In this document: one piece after another, positions 63,912-64,000 of the stretch | How the letters are laid out: each line of letters begins with the position of its first letter | Position numbering within the stretch: the first letter of the stretch is position 1 | Assembly: GCA_003228685.1 (NCBI GenBank) | Contig: QIFC01000096.1 | Span: 49,309-113,308 of the forward strand | From: Chloroflexota bacterium | GTDB lineage: Bacteria > Chloroflexota > Dehalococcoidia > DSTF01 > RBG-16-68-14 | Direction: 5' to 3' | Length of the DNA stretch: 64,000 bases | Translations under genes and position numbers: made by a program | The notes under the pieces: generated by a model | What the model was told of the DNA's origin: nothing | What the model saw: only the letters and a program-made list of their open reading frames with translations | The model's database searches: none

Positions 63912-64000
63912 GTCGCTTCGCCTCTTGCCAGGAGCGTCCGTGCCGTCTGAACGGATGACGAAATGTCAGCTCTGTTAATCACCAGAGTCTCCACCAGCGA
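63908..64000 (-). CDS. 3' end of an unidentified upstream gene (partial), TGA overlapping the ATG of the O-antigen ligase gene
   Basis: Minus-strand frame ...SLVETLVINRADISSSVQTARTLLARGEAT* ends in an ATGA overlap at 63908-63911. Confidence 0.3.
   Translation of the reverse strand, partial: SLVETLVINRADISSSVQTARTLLARGEAT

Noticed and set aside
1-64000. tRNA, rRNA, IS elements, integrases
   Set aside because: No T-psi-C-like GGTTCGAATCC/GGTTCAAATCC cores, no rRNA-like stretches, and no transposase or integrase-like ORFs were seen. Absence is by eye only, so tRNAscan/Infernal should be run to confirm.

Overview
High-GC (about 65-68% by eye) bacterial chromosomal window, densely coding and mostly on the minus strand. 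The gene content (rpmB/yloV/degV/recG block, F420-type LLM oxidoreductase, dockerin proteins, N-terminally extended RecG) fits a Chloroflexota- or Actinomycetota-like organism, but taxonomy cannot be fixed from sequence alone.

Housekeeping backbone:
- Efflux operon: atypical response regulator, TetR, ABC ATPase, two ABC-2 permeases.
- rpmB divergent from yloV(DAK2)-degV-recG.
- rpe and argH.
- A complete lipB-lipA-lpdA-pdhA-pdhB-pdhC lipoylation/pyruvate-dehydrogenase operon.
- OsmC, a TolB-like beta-propeller, a divergent KARI-like gene, NUDIX, an SRPBCC protein.
- A DUF4349 / ECF sigma / anti-sigma module.
- An enoyl-CoA hydratase and an LLM-class oxidoreductase.

Accessory features judged most worth follow-up:
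1. A small low-GC-looking insert (standalone PD-(D/E)xK nuclease plus a Trp-rich 11-residue-repeat coiled-coil protein) sits between two paralogous HAD hydrolase genes. The second HAD copy carries an in-frame TAG exactly where the first has Gln.
2. An 870-aa secreted protein carries four copies of an unrecognised ~150-aa two-Cys domain, a Thr-Pro linker and a C-terminal type-I dockerin. A second secreted protein in the window has an N-terminal dockerin-like Ca-binding pair and is followed by a 32-aa hydrophobic peptide ORF with a strong Shine-Dalgarno site.
3. A 40-bp hairpin-containing element occurs twice in a convergent intergenic region.
4. A copper-handling cluster comprises an HxH/HCH small secreted protein, a lipoprotein, CopC, and a CopC-CopD-cytochrome c fusion.
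5. The OmpR-type regulator that heads the efflux operon is phospho-site-less and has OmpR-style direct repeats upstream.
6. Envelope-polysaccharide genes at the 3' end: FemAB-like, polysaccharide deacetylase, two GT4, a methyltransferase, an O-antigen ligase/polymerase-like protein.

No rRNA, tRNA, CRISPR array, transposase or integrase was recognised.
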